NCBI GenBank assembly: GCA_003649235.1
Contig: QMRG01000002.1
Coordinates: 1-49,983 of the forward strand
Length of the DNA: 49,983 bases
DNA from: Thermoprotei archaeon
GTDB lineage: Archaea > Thermoproteota > Thermoprotei > Thermofilales > B69-G16
Reading direction: 5' to 3'
The notes under the pieces: generated by a model
Seen by the model: the letters and a program-made list of their open reading frames with translations, nothing else
What the model was told of the DNA's origin: nothing
Database searches by the model: none
Position numbers and translations under genes: made by a program
Part shown: piece after piece, positions 10,541 through 19,480 of the stretch
Layout: each line of letters opens with the position of its first letter
Position numbering within the stretch: position 1 is the first letter of the stretch

Positions 10541-10932
10541 TCTCCCTTTTCCTCTTTTCTTTTTCTTTTTTCATATGCTTTAAGTACATCAAGAGCGAAT
10601 TGACCATCCATTTCGTCTATCTGGTCTTGCAGGCTTCTATAACCCTTATCTCGAATCTCTTCTAACACTTGGTCTATAGTCTTACCTCTCCTATTTTCAA
10701 TCTCCTTGATTAACTCCTTGAACGTTTTCTCACTAAAGCCACCGTAATCCTCAACACAAGGAGGAGATATTCCAAGTAGCTTACCTATTTCCACTATGAC
10801 TATACAAGTATCCGGATCTCTTTTTTCAGGACAAACTTCTCTACAATGGGAAAGAGCATAATTATATATCCTTTTAAGATCGTCTATTTCTATACTAATG
10901 ACTTTCTTCTCATTCATCGTTCTCGCGCCCAA
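10537..10932 (-). CDS. hypothetical protein (four Cys in the N-terminal half, K/E-rich tail)
   Basis: 131-aa ORF packed between adkA (3-nt gap) and the GPN GTPase (ATGA overlap at 10537-10540). Composition looks coding, but I recognise no family. Confidence 0.5.
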   Translation of the reverse strand: MGARTMNEKKVISIEIDDLKRIYNYALSHCREVCPEKRDPDTCIVIVEIGKLLGISPPCVEDYGGFSEKTFKELIKEIENRRGKTIDQVLEEIRDKGYRSLQDQIDEMDGQFALDVLKAYEKRKRKEEKGE

Positions 10933-10935
10933 AAT

Positions 10936-11574
10936 TTACTCAAAGATCGATGCCAGAAGTTTGGCGCCTAGCTCTGCATGTTCAAAAGGTCTAGTTTGAG
11001 GAACTCTACGCAGATTTATTATCTTTACTGTTGCTTGAACTTCATTTGCGGCTACAGCTGCAAAATACCTATTCATTTGCTGGTGAAGCTCGATATCCTC
11101 TTCATTTTCGATTTCTCGTTCTCTTCTTTCCGCTATAGTTCCTATTTCAGTTATCTTCCTTCCCTTTATACTAAGATCCTTTCTCCTCCTTTCTAAGATT
11201 ACTTTAGGGTCGAATTCGAGAAGTACTATGATGTCAGGTTTCAACTTGGATACGACTTCCTTAGGCATTCCCGGATAGTATCCTCTCTCCATCCTTATCG
11301 CCAGATGAGTATCTATAATTACATTCCCGCTTATCCTAGCTATTTCCTCGGCCGCCTTTATCTGCACAAATCTATAGTCTTCAAGAGATAATTTCTTCCT
11401 CATATCATCTCTATTTTCTATACCGAATTCTTCTCTAGCTATTTTCATCATATAATCCCCGAAATTTACTATTTTCACATCTGGTTTCATTTTAGAAAAA
11501 ATTTGTAGCGTCGTAGTCTTTCCCGCTCCTGGTACAGCTGCTAATATAACTTTCAAACAACCACCTCTTGTCAT
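10936..11574 (-). CDS. adkA: archaeal-type adenylate kinase
   Basis: KVILAAVPGAGKTTT...IIDTHLAIRMERGYYPGMP matches archaeal AdkA. A TTG at 11556 preceded by GAGGTGG would give the usual MKV... N-terminus, so the true start may be 11556. Confidence 0.9.
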   Translation of the reverse strand: MTRGGCLKVILAAVPGAGKTTTLQIFSKMKPDVKIVNFGDYMMKIAREEFGIENRDDMRKKLSLEDYRFVQIKAAEEIARISGNVIIDTHLAIRMERGYYPGMPKEVVSKLKPDIIVLLEFDPKVILERRRKDLSIKGRKITEIGTIAERREREIENEEDIELHQQMNRYFAAVAANEVQATVKIINLRRVPQTRPFEHAELGAKLLASIFE

Positions 11575-11658
11575 GTTATTTGATATCTTCCATTACTTAA
11601 GTTATAATTCTCCTAAAGTATCCGATATTTAAAATAATTGTGAGTTCATTGCTGAACA

Positions 11659-13029
11659 TTAGGTTTTAATTAATCCATATTTTTTGAGAAAATCATTAAT
11701 GATGTCTTCTAGGTCTGGTTTATCAATCTCTTTAAGCTCATAGAACACGTGCACTACTGGTGCTTTAAGGTGAATATATCTCGATATATCCGAGGGTGTA
11801 CCTAAAACTATAGCATCGCAATCAATACTGTTTATCGTTTTTTCAAGTTCTTCCATTTGTTTTTTACCATATCCTAAAGCTGGTAATACGGGTCCAAGGT
11901 GAGTATATTTCTTATAAGCATATCCTATAGATCCAATAGCGTAAGGCCGTGGATCTATAATCTCCTTGGCTCCATACTTTAACGCAGCTATATAACCAGC
12001 TCCATAAGGGAGGCCGCCGTGAGTAACTGAAGGCCCATCCTCTATTACTAATACTCGCTTATTTTCTATTAGAGATGGATTATCGACGCTGACTTCCGAT
12101 AAGGCTCTAATTATAATGGCTTTTTTATTTATTTTCTTAATATTTTTAATAACTTTTTCTACATCTTCTTTTTTAGCGGAATTTACCTTGTTTATGATGA
12201 CAACGTCGGCCAGATGTACGTTAACTTCTCCTGGAAAAGAATTTAATTCGTGTCCAGGTCTTAGAGGGTCAACTACTGTTATATAAAGGCTAGTTTCAAA
12301 AAATGACCAATCATTATTCCCACCATCCCATAGGATAACTTCTGCCTCTTTTTCAGCTTCTGCTATTATCCTTTCGTAGTCTACTCCTGCATAGACTACG
12401 TTCCCCTCTCTAAGGTGGGGTTCATATTCTTCTCTCTCTTCTATCGTACATTCGTATTTGTCTAAATCCTCAATTTTTTCAAATCTTTGAACTATTTGCT
12501 TTCTCAAATCTCCATATGGCATTGGATGTCTTACAATGACAAACTTCACACCATGATTTTTGAGAATTCGAGCTATACGTCGGCTCACCGTGCTTTTACC
12601 CGCACCAGTCCTAGCAGCGCAGACCGAGATTACGGGTTTATTAGTTTTAAGAGTAGTATTCTTAACGCTTAAAAGTCTAAAATCGGCTCCTGAGCTAAGC
12701 ACTATGGATGCCTTATACATAACTTCTTCATAGAGTAGGTCGCTATACGACAATACGACTTCATTTATTCCATATTTTTTGATTAAATCGGGGAGCATTT
12801 CTTCAGGGTAAATGGGTATTCCATTAGGATATAGAGGCCCGGATAATTCGGGAGGATACTTACGATCGCTAATATTAGGGATTTGAGATGCTGTGAAAGC
12901 CACAACTTCATATTCGGGTCGATTTCGGTAATAAACATTAAAATTATGGAAGTCTCGTCCCGCAGCTCCCATTATTATAACTCGTTTTCGATTTCTCCTA
13001 CTCACGCGTTCTTTCTCGTTTAAACGCAT
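11659..13029 (-). CDS. cyclic 2,3-diphosphoglycerate synthetase-like P-loop protein (COG2403-type predicted GTPase)
   Basis: 456 aa with VIIMGAAGRDFHNFN near the N-terminus and the Walker A CAARTGAGKSTV. Length and layout match the cDPG synthetase family. Confidence 0.72.
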   Translation of the reverse strand: MRLNEKERVSRRNRKRVIIMGAAGRDFHNFNVYYRNRPEYEVVAFTASQIPNISDRKYPPELSGPLYPNGIPIYPEEMLPDLIKKYGINEVVLSYSDLLYEEVMYKASIVLSSGADFRLLSVKNTTLKTNKPVISVCAARTGAGKSTVSRRIARILKNHGVKFVIVRHPMPYGDLRKQIVQRFEKIEDLDKYECTIEEREEYEPHLREGNVVYAGVDYERIIAEAEKEAEVILWDGGNNDWSFFETSLYITVVDPLRPGHELNSFPGEVNVHLADVVIINKVNSAKKEDVEKVIKNIKKINKKAIIIRALSEVSVDNPSLIENKRVLVIEDGPSVTHGGLPYGAGYIAALKYGAKEIIDPRPYAIGSIGYAYKKYTHLGPVLPALGYGKKQMEELEKTINSIDCDAIVLGTPSDISRYIHLKAPVVHVFYELKEIDKPDLEDIINDFLKKYGLIKT

Positions 13030-13140
13030 GAAATGTAAAAAAACGAAGTTACTTATTAATTCATTCAGTTATGTACTTAAAGCGTGAAATATATTAATTT
13101 AAAAAATCTTTAAAAGCCAGAGAAGATTGTAGCTGAAAGA

Positions 13141-13590
13141 ATGAATAAGATAAAGGATAAAATTAACGAAAATAGACGAATACAGAAATTAGTGATTGTC
13201 GATACCGATATCATATTACACTCTCTCGAAAATAAGATAGATTTGGTGGAAGAAATTAGATCAATCATAGAATATCCAATTCAATTATGCGTGCTTAGAA
13301 GTACAATCTACGAACTTGAAAAAATAGCACGTATAGGCTCGTGGAGGACTTCGAGAATGGCGAGAATAGCTCTCAAAATGCTTGTAAACAAAAATATCGA
13401 AATCATAGATGATGAGTGCTTAGGAGATATGCCGACTGATGAGAAAATAGTTCTTTTAGCAGAAAAACTTGATGCTATCGTAGCAACCGATGATAGAGAG
13501 TTAAGAAAAAAGTTGGAAAAGAAGGAGATACCGGTTATATACACTAGAGAGAAGAAAAAGCTAGTTTTAAACAGAAATATTTATTGGTGA
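13141..13590 (+). CDS. PIN-domain protein, Fcf1/Utp24-like
   Basis: VIVDTDIIL ... ATDDRELRKKL. It sits at the conserved position upstream of rpoE'. Confidence 0.75.
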   Translation: MNKIKDKINENRRIQKLVIVDTDIILHSLENKIDLVEEIRSIIEYPIQLCVLRSTIYELEKIARIGSWRTSRMARIALKMLVNKNIEIIDDECLGDMPTDEKIVLLAEKLDAIVATDDRELRKKLEKKEIPVIYTREKKKLVLNRNIYW

Positions 13591-13638
13591 GGTCTCTTTA
13601 GAATGGAAGAGTTTAACTAAGTTAGTGGTGATAGAGGA

Positions 13639-14214
13639 GTGTTTAAAGTAGTAAAAATGAAGGATATTATAAGAATCCCTCCACGCATGTTCTCGCTACC
13701 ACTCGAAGACTCTGCGTTAACTGTACTAAAAGAAAATTTTGAAGGTAGGATAATAAGAGACTTAGGGTTAATAGTGAGCATACTGGATGTAGATGTAGAG
13801 GATATAGGAAAAATCGCTCCCGGAGATGGAGCTGTATATCATGTAGCCACTTTCAATGCATTAGTGTTCACTCCCATGTTAAAAGAAGTAGTGGAAGGAG
13901 AAGTAATTACTGTAGAAGATTTCGGTCTGCTGGTACGTATAGGTCCAGTAGACGCGTTTATTCATAAATCACAAATACACGACGACTACTTCTCGTTTAG
14001 CAGAGAACAAAGCGCTATGCTAGGCTCTAAGACCGGACGTATAGTAAGGAAAGGCGATAAAGTTAGAGCTCGTATTGTTCAGGTGAGCTATGGAGGTCAG
14101 GCTAAAATATTGAAAATAGGACTTACAATGAGACAACCTTACCTGGGAAAGATAGAATGGATAGAACACGACGTCAGAAAAGCTAGAGAAGCAGTAAAGA
14201 GTGGTGAGACATGA
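13639..14214 (+). CDS. rpoE: DNA-directed RNA polymerase subunit E' (Rpo7)
   Basis: N-terminal Rpb7 fold (IRIPPRMF...) plus the S1 domain GEVITVEDFGLLVRIGPVDAFIH. GTG start with GGTGAT at 13627-13632. Confidence 0.9.
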   Translation: MFKVVKMKDIIRIPPRMFSLPLEDSALTVLKENFEGRIIRDLGLIVSILDVDVEDIGKIAPGDGAVYHVATFNALVFTPMLKEVVEGEVITVEDFGLLVRIGPVDAFIHKSQIHDDYFSFSREQSAMLGSKTGRIVRKGDKVRARIVQVSYGGQAKILKIGLTMRQPYLGKIEWIEHDVRKAREAVKSGET

Positions 14215-14417
14215 GGAAGGTTGGTATTTCTTTAAAGGCGTGTCGTCGCTGTAAACTGCTTGTCCCGTTAAAGTTTGATAGTTGCCCAAACTGTGGTAGT
14301 CATGATTTTTCAACGGATTGGGTGGGGATGATCATAATAGAGGATGTGGAAAGATCTATTCTCGCTAGGAAATTGGATATTAAGAAGCCTGGAAAATATG
14401 CACTTAAGGTCCGCTAA
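14211..14417 (+). CDS. spt4: transcription elongation factor Spt4 (RpoE'')
   Basis: 68 aa with the zinc ribbon CRRC...CPNCGS. ATGA overlap with rpoE'. Confidence 0.86.
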   Translation: MRKVGISLKACRRCKLLVPLKFDSCPNCGSHDFSTDWVGMIIIEDVERSILARKLDIKKPGKYALKVR

Positions 14418-14958
14418 GAAAAAACTTTTCAGAGAATTTTTCTTTGACGAAAATGCTAAAAAAATTTTGAGAATTCCTTTAGGCATACCTATCTATAAAA
14501 GGGAAGAAGAAGGGATTTCGATACTTAAGAAAGTAATGGAGGATTTTAAGCCTAGGCTTTTAATTTCGATAGGAGATGTAGTATCGTATAATTTGGTAAC
14601 TTTAGGCCATATAATACCTGACCTTGCAGTAATAGATTACAAAACTAGAAGGGAAAAAAGAGAAACTCCAATATTGGAGTTTTTCAATGTAATACTTAGT
14701 CTGAAAAATCCTCCTTCTCACATTACGAAAACATCATGGTTTGTCATTAACAGTGGAATAAGAGCCGCGTTACAAGGTAAAAAGGTAATAATTATAGTGG
14801 ATGGGGAGGAAGATTTGCTAGCAATACCTTCTCTTCTCTTATCGCCTGAAAGAAGTTTTGTAGTTTATGGACAACCAGAAGATGCTCTTGTTATAATTAT
14901 TTCCAATAAATATGTCAAATCCGCTCTTTTAGAATTCATCATAGAAATACAAGAATGA
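14344..14958 (+). CDS. DUF359 protein, probable GTP-dependent dephospho-CoA kinase
   Basis: ISIGDVVSYNL, AVIDYKTRR and VDGEEDLLAIP match the DUF359 pattern, and the position after spt4 is conserved. The internal ATG at 14398 is the more likely start, giving only a 20-nt overlap with spt4. Confidence 0.68.
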   Translation: MWKDLFSLGNWILRSLENMHLRSAKKKLFREFFFDENAKKILRIPLGIPIYKREEEGISILKKVMEDFKPRLLISIGDVVSYNLVTLGHIIPDLAVIDYKTRREKRETPILEFFNVILSLKNPPSHITKTSWFVINSGIRAALQGKKVIIIVDGEEDLLAIPSLLLSPERSFVVYGQPEDALVIIISNKYVKSALLEFIIEIQE

Positions 14959-15030
14959 GCCGTCGGAGTTAGATGTTGTAGAAAAATTTAATAGAATCCG
15001 CGTTTTAGGTCTGCGTACGGGTGATAAATA

Positions 15031-15336
15031 GTGATCGAGGAATATGAACTTAAGATTATTGAAGATTTCCATAATAAGGTTATAGGTAGAAGAGAAATTA
15101 AAGCGGTTATATATCACCTTGGTAAAGGAACTCCTCCTAGAATAAAAGTGAGAGAGAAAACTTCTGAAATCTTGAAAATCCCTATTGATAGAGTATATGT
15201 GAGAACCATCAAAACTGAATATGGAACTGGACGAAGCATTGCCAGGATCCATGTATATGAAAATTCTCAACGCGCTATCGCAATAGAACCCGAATACATA
15301 ATCAAGCGTAATACACCTGCACAAGGAGGTGAATAA
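15031..15336 (+). CDS. rps24e: 30S ribosomal protein S24e
   Basis: NKVIGRREIKAVIYHLGKGTPPR...GTGRSIARIHVYEN. GTG start with GGTGAT at 15019-15024. Confidence 0.9.
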   Translation: MIEEYELKIIEDFHNKVIGRREIKAVIYHLGKGTPPRIKVREKTSEILKIPIDRVYVRTIKTEYGTGRSIARIHVYENSQRAIAIEPEYIIKRNTPAQGGE

Positions 15337-15338
15337 TT

Positions 15339-15509
15339 GTGTCAAGAGCACATAAACGATATGAAGTTGATTATGAAAAAGGAGTTATTAAGCTAAGAAA
15401 TCGTGTATGTCCTAAATGTGGCGCAATTATGGCCCATCACAAACAAGCGGTAGAAAGATGGCATTGTGGCCGCTGCGGATTCACCTTATTCATCTCTAAA
15501 AAGTCATAA
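15339..15509 (+). CDS. rps27ae: 30S ribosomal protein S27ae
   Basis: Not in the ORF track (56 aa). Hand translation from GTG 15339 gives MSRAHKRYEVDYEKGVIKLRNRVCPKCGAIMAHHKQAVERWHCGRCGFTLFISKKS, with stop TAA at 15507-15509. It has a C4 zinc ribbon and the standard rps24e-rps27ae pairing. Confidence 0.85.
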   Translation: MSRAHKRYEVDYEKGVIKLRNRVCPKCGAIMAHHKQAVERWHCGRCGFTLFISKKS

Positions 15510-15578
15510 ACTATTCTTATCGATCCATAAAGCTTCTACCAATAGTTAGATTTTTACCGAAACATTGTGATAATTTGA

Positions 15579-16577
15579 GTGATGAATGAAATATTGGTTA
15601 TAGGAATAGAGAGTACCGCACATACTGCAGGAATAGGAATCTTTTCTTCTACGCGAGGAATCCTGGCGAATGAAAAATCAGAATACAAACCAATAAGCGG
15701 CGGCATACATCCTAGAGAAGCCGCTGAGCATCATAGCAAAACTTTCCCATCACTTTTAAAGTCAGCATTGGAAAAAGCGAATTGTCGTATGAAAGAAATC
15801 GCCGCAGTAGCAGTAGCACTAGGTCCTGGAATGGGGCCATGTTTAAGAATAGGCGCATCGTTAGCTAGAGCTCTCGCCCTTAAATACGGAAAACCTCTAG
15901 TGCCTGTGAATCATGCCATAGCACATATCGAAATTGCCCGATATTCAACTCGGATGGAGGACCCCCTAGTAATATATGTAGCTGGAGGCAATACTTTAAT
16001 AACAACCTACGTTGAGGGGCGGTATCGGATTTTTGGAGAAACTCTCGACATTTCCCTAGGTAATTGCTTAGACACTTTTGCCAGAGAAACCGAGCTTGGA
16101 TTCCCGGGAGTTCCAGAAGTAGAAAAACTATATCATAAAGGCACTCAACTCCTCGATCTGCCGTATATAGTAAAGGGGCAAGATGTATCTTATTCAGGAC
16201 TTTTAACACATGCCCTTGAACTCTTTAAAAAGGGATATGCAATAGAGGATCTTTGCTATAGCTTAGTCGAAATAGCCTATAGTATGTTAGTAGAAGTAGC
16301 TGAGCGCGCGCTAGTACATACTAAGAAAAAAGAGATAGTTTTAACAGGAGGCGTGGCGAGAAGTAAAATACTACAGAAAAAATTATTCCTTATGGCTAAA
16401 ATCCATAACGCTAGGTTCTCCAGCGTGAAGCCGGAGTATGCAGGTGATAACGGAGCTATGATAGCATATGCAGGCTACTTAGCTCTGACTTCAGGCATCG
16501 TAATACCTGTAGATAAAAGCTTCATAAAACCTCTATGGCGGCTTGAACAGGTGGAGATACCATGGCGGAAATTTTAG
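15579..16577 (+). CDS. kae1: tRNA N6-adenosine threonylcarbamoyltransferase Kae1 (KEOPS catalytic subunit)
   Basis: GIESTAHTAGIG, the metal-binding VNHAIAHIE, and C-terminal GDNGAMIA. Confidence 0.95.
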   Translation: MMNEILVIGIESTAHTAGIGIFSSTRGILANEKSEYKPISGGIHPREAAEHHSKTFPSLLKSALEKANCRMKEIAAVAVALGPGMGPCLRIGASLARALALKYGKPLVPVNHAIAHIEIARYSTRMEDPLVIYVAGGNTLITTYVEGRYRIFGETLDISLGNCLDTFARETELGFPGVPEVEKLYHKGTQLLDLPYIVKGQDVSYSGLLTHALELFKKGYAIEDLCYSLVEIAYSMLVEVAERALVHTKKKEIVLTGGVARSKILQKKLFLMAKIHNARFSSVKPEYAGDNGAMIAYAGYLALTSGIVIPVDKSFIKPLWRLEQVEIPWRKF

Positions 16578-17209
16578 GCATAGGAGCAGAGGCTATCCTA
16601 GTAAAAGACAAGTTTTATGGATTTGAGGTCGTTCGTAAGACTAGAATAAGAAAAGATTACCGTAACTCAGTTTTAGATGAGAGAATCAGGAGAAGAAGAA
16701 CGCTTCTCGAGGCTAGGATATTAGCTACTTGTAAGAAGAATGGCATACCTGTACCAACGGTTCTACACGTAGACTTGGATAAAGCCGAGATAGTAATGGA
16801 TTACATCAATGGTGTTCGATTAAGGGATATTATGGATTCTTTAAATGAAGAAGAAATTAGGAAGTATTTCTGGGTATTGGGGAAAGAAGTAGGGTTGTTG
16901 CATAAGGTAGGGATAGTTCATGGTGATTTAACTACATCTAACATGATATTAGTGAGAGATAAAATTTTTTTAATAGACTTTGGTCTCAGCTATTTTAGCA
17001 AAGAACTTGAAGATCGAGCAGTGGATATTCATCTCCTATTAAGGGCACTCGAGAGCACTCATCCACGTTATGTGGAAACGGCGTTTCAAGAGTTTGTCAA
17101 AGGCTATAGAGAAGTTATGGGAGGCTACGTAGAATCAATCTTGAAAAGATTAGAAGAAATTAGGATGAGAGGGAGATACATTGCAGAAAGAAGACGTAAA
17201 ATAAAATGA
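16562..17209 (+). CDS. bud32: KEOPS kinase/ATPase Bud32
   Basis: GAEAILVK, catalytic loop HGDLTTSNMIL, and LIDFGLS. It overlaps kae1 by 16 nt. Confidence 0.9.
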   Translation: MAEILGIGAEAILVKDKFYGFEVVRKTRIRKDYRNSVLDERIRRRRTLLEARILATCKKNGIPVPTVLHVDLDKAEIVMDYINGVRLRDIMDSLNEEEIRKYFWVLGKEVGLLHKVGIVHGDLTTSNMILVRDKIFLIDFGLSYFSKELEDRAVDIHLLLRALESTHPRYVETAFQEFVKGYREVMGGYVESILKRLEEIRMRGRYIAERRRKIK

Positions 17210-17256
17210 GCGAAGGTTTTATAAATCCAGGTGAAAAATAGCGTCTAGGTGATCGA

Positions 17257-17703
17257 GTGAAAAAAAGCAAGAAAAGAGGCAAATCCCACTCTACTCGTCC
17301 AGCTAGAAAGTCGGTGCCGCCTTGGGTAAAATATTCTCCAATAGAAGTTGAGGAACTAGTGGTTTCACTGGCTAAAAAAGGCTATCCACCATCAATGATA
17401 GGAATCATACTAAGAGATCAGTATGGGATACCACTAGTAAAAATGGTGACTAAAAAGAAGATTACTCAGATTTTAAGAGAAAAGGGATTAGCTCCAGAAA
17501 TTCCCGAAGACTTATATAACCTTATAAGACGAGCTATAAGAGTTCGTAGACATTTAGAGGAGCACCCAAAAGATTATCATTCTAAAAGAGGCTTGCAATT
17601 AATCGAATCAAAAATTAGGAGGCTTGCAAGATATTACAAGTCCAGAGGAGTACTTCCTCCAGATTGGGAGTATAAACCAGAGAAAATTAGCATATTTGCC
17701 TAG
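17257..17703 (+). CDS. rps15: 30S ribosomal protein S15 (S13e family)
   Basis: [31 protein letters not shown]...[22 protein letters not shown] start with AGGTGAT at 17247-17253. Confidence 0.93.
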   Translation: MKKSKKRGKSHSTRPARKSVPPWVKYSPIEVEELVVSLAKKGYPPSMIGIILRDQYGIPLVKMVTKKKITQILREKGLAPEIPEDLYNLIRRAIRVRRHLEEHPKDYHSKRGLQLIESKIRRLARYYKSRGVLPPDWEYKPEKISIFA

Positions 17704-17724
17704 TAATGGAGGATTCTTAAAGAC

Positions 17725-19149
17725 ATGAGTTATAAAGAGAAATATTCAGAATTCCTAGACTCTATAAAAATTCATCAAGAAAAATTTATTAATGATATTT
17801 TAGAGAAAAAGGGGCCCGTCCTCTTAGTTTCTCACTACGATGCAGATGGTTTAACCGCTGCATCTCTTCTAGCCATTTTCTTAAAGAAATATGATATTCC
17901 ATATCACATTAGAATATTGGAGCAGATAGATGAAAACTCTATTTCAAAAGTTAAAAGCCTAAATTATACTAATATATTATTCACTGATTTGGGAAGCGGC
18001 GAGTATAGTTTAATTAGAGATAAACTAAAGGATAGAATTATTTACATTTTAGACCATCATCAACCCGAAGAAGTCTCTAGAGAAAGAAGAATTGTAGAAA
18101 TTAATCCTTATTTCCATAATATAAATGGATCAACCGAAGTAAGCTCGGCAGCATTAACCTACATTTTTCTAAGAGAAATAGATGATGAAATTATAACTTA
18201 TTCTCCTTTAGCCGTAATAGGAGCGCTAGGAGATAGACAGGATATAGGACCTCGTTTCTCCCTTGTAGGATTAAATGATGCCATTGCTAAAGAAGCAGAG
18301 GAATATGGTCTTTTAAGAAAAGAGATAGGATTAAGACTGGCTAGTTCGAAAAATAGACCTCTTTTAAAAGCTCTAGAATACACGTTTGACCCCTACATTC
18401 CAGGATTAAGCGGTCGAGAAGACTCGTGCCTAATCTTTCTAAAGAAAATAGGAATAGACCCTAGCAAAAATGGAAAATTAAAATATATTAATGAACTATC
18501 GAAAGACGAAATTAGAAAATTAGCTACTGCCCTTGTTAAATACATGCTAGATACTGGCGTCTCGCTTAAAGATGCTGAAAGAATTTTCGGTATGAATTAC
18601 TACTTATTAAATGAGCATGAAACCAGTCTTCTTTATGATGCTAGAGAATATGTGCAAATATTAAACTCCTGTGGTAGAATGGGACGATGCGATGTGGCTA
18701 TTGCCCTATGTATGGGCGTTAGAGAGAAGATAGTAGAAGAAGCTTTAGGGATAGCTAAACAATATAGGAAAACGCTGGCTAAAATCTTAGAGAAAGCTTT
18801 TAAGCGAAGAAAAGTTTTAGGCTCAACTATAATCTTAAATCTGATAGATATAGCTGATAGCAGAGTTACGGGCGCTATAGCCTCTATACTATCTTCAATT
18901 TGGAGTGAGGAGGCTAATGCCATTGTTGTTATCGGTCGTGGTGATACGAAAGAAAGAGTTAAAATTTCAGCTAGATTAACTAGGAAAATACCAGAGGAAA
19001 AAGATAAGAGAAACCTAGGTTATGCTCTCAAAATCGCAGCTAGAAATGTGGGAGGTGTGGGAGGAGGACATCTACGTGCTGGTGGCGCGTTAATACCAGT
19101 AGAGAAAATGGACTTATTTGTCGAATTTCTAATAAAGAAGTTAGAGTAA
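17725..19149 (+). CDS. RecJ/Cdc45-like DHH phosphoesterase (GAN/RecJ-like, candidate CMG partner)
   Basis: DHH motifs SHYDADG, FTDLG and LDHH, plus the DHHA1 motif GGGHLRAGGA. The rps15 neighbourhood is typical of archaeal RecJ/GAN genes. Confidence 0.8.
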   Translation: MSYKEKYSEFLDSIKIHQEKFINDILEKKGPVLLVSHYDADGLTAASLLAIFLKKYDIPYHIRILEQIDENSISKVKSLNYTNILFTDLGSGEYSLIRDKLKDRIIYILDHHQPEEVSRERRIVEINPYFHNINGSTEVSSAALTYIFLREIDDEIITYSPLAVIGALGDRQDIGPRFSLVGLNDAIAKEAEEYGLLRKEIGLRLASSKNRPLLKALEYTFDPYIPGLSGREDSCLIFLKKIGIDPSKNGKLKYINELSKDEIRKLATALVKYMLDTGVSLKDAERIFGMNYYLLNEHETSLLYDAREYVQILNSCGRMGRCDVAIALCMGVREKIVEEALGIAKQYRKTLAKILEKAFKRRKVLGSTIILNLIDIADSRVTGAIASILSSIWSEEANAIVVIGRGDTKERVKISARLTRKIPEEKDKRNLGYALKIAARNVGGVGGGHLRAGGALIPVEKMDLFVEFLIKKLE

Positions 19150-19168
19150 ACCTATAGGGAGATGAATT

Positions 19169-19414
19169 TTGAAAATTGAAGTAACTATAGAACTCTATGG
19201 AGTGAAGAATGTGGATGCTATTATAAATGCTTTAGAACCTGATAATATTACATATAAGGAATACTCTTCAGACGAAATCTCATGCACGAGGAGTAAAGAA
19301 GTTTTGATATGTAAGATAAAAAGCGCAGATATACTTAAGGCTAGAGGTTTGTTAAACGATTTGCTAGTAAACCTACAAGTGATATTAAAATCATTTCAAA
19401 CCTTAAAGGATTAA
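19169..19414 (+). CDS. Pcc1-fold paralog (candidate Pcc2 KEOPS subunit)
   Basis: 81 aa, TTG start. It aligns by eye over its full length with the Pcc1 at 20852..21097 (AIINALEPD; ICKIKSADILKARGLLNDLLVNLQVI). Confidence 0.55.
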   Translation: MKIEVTIELYGVKNVDAIINALEPDNITYKEYSSDEISCTRSKEVLICKIKSADILKARGLLNDLLVNLQVILKSFQTLKD

Positions 19415-19480
19415 ATGTACTAAGACCGAAAACTTAATAAAGAGTTTACGTTATCGAAAGTAGCGCGTCTGGGTGAGAAT

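Noticed and set aside
15579-15585. GUGAUGA C-box-like heptamer
   Set aside because: It is the GTG-ATG start context of kae1, and no CUGA element lies at C/D spacing downstream.
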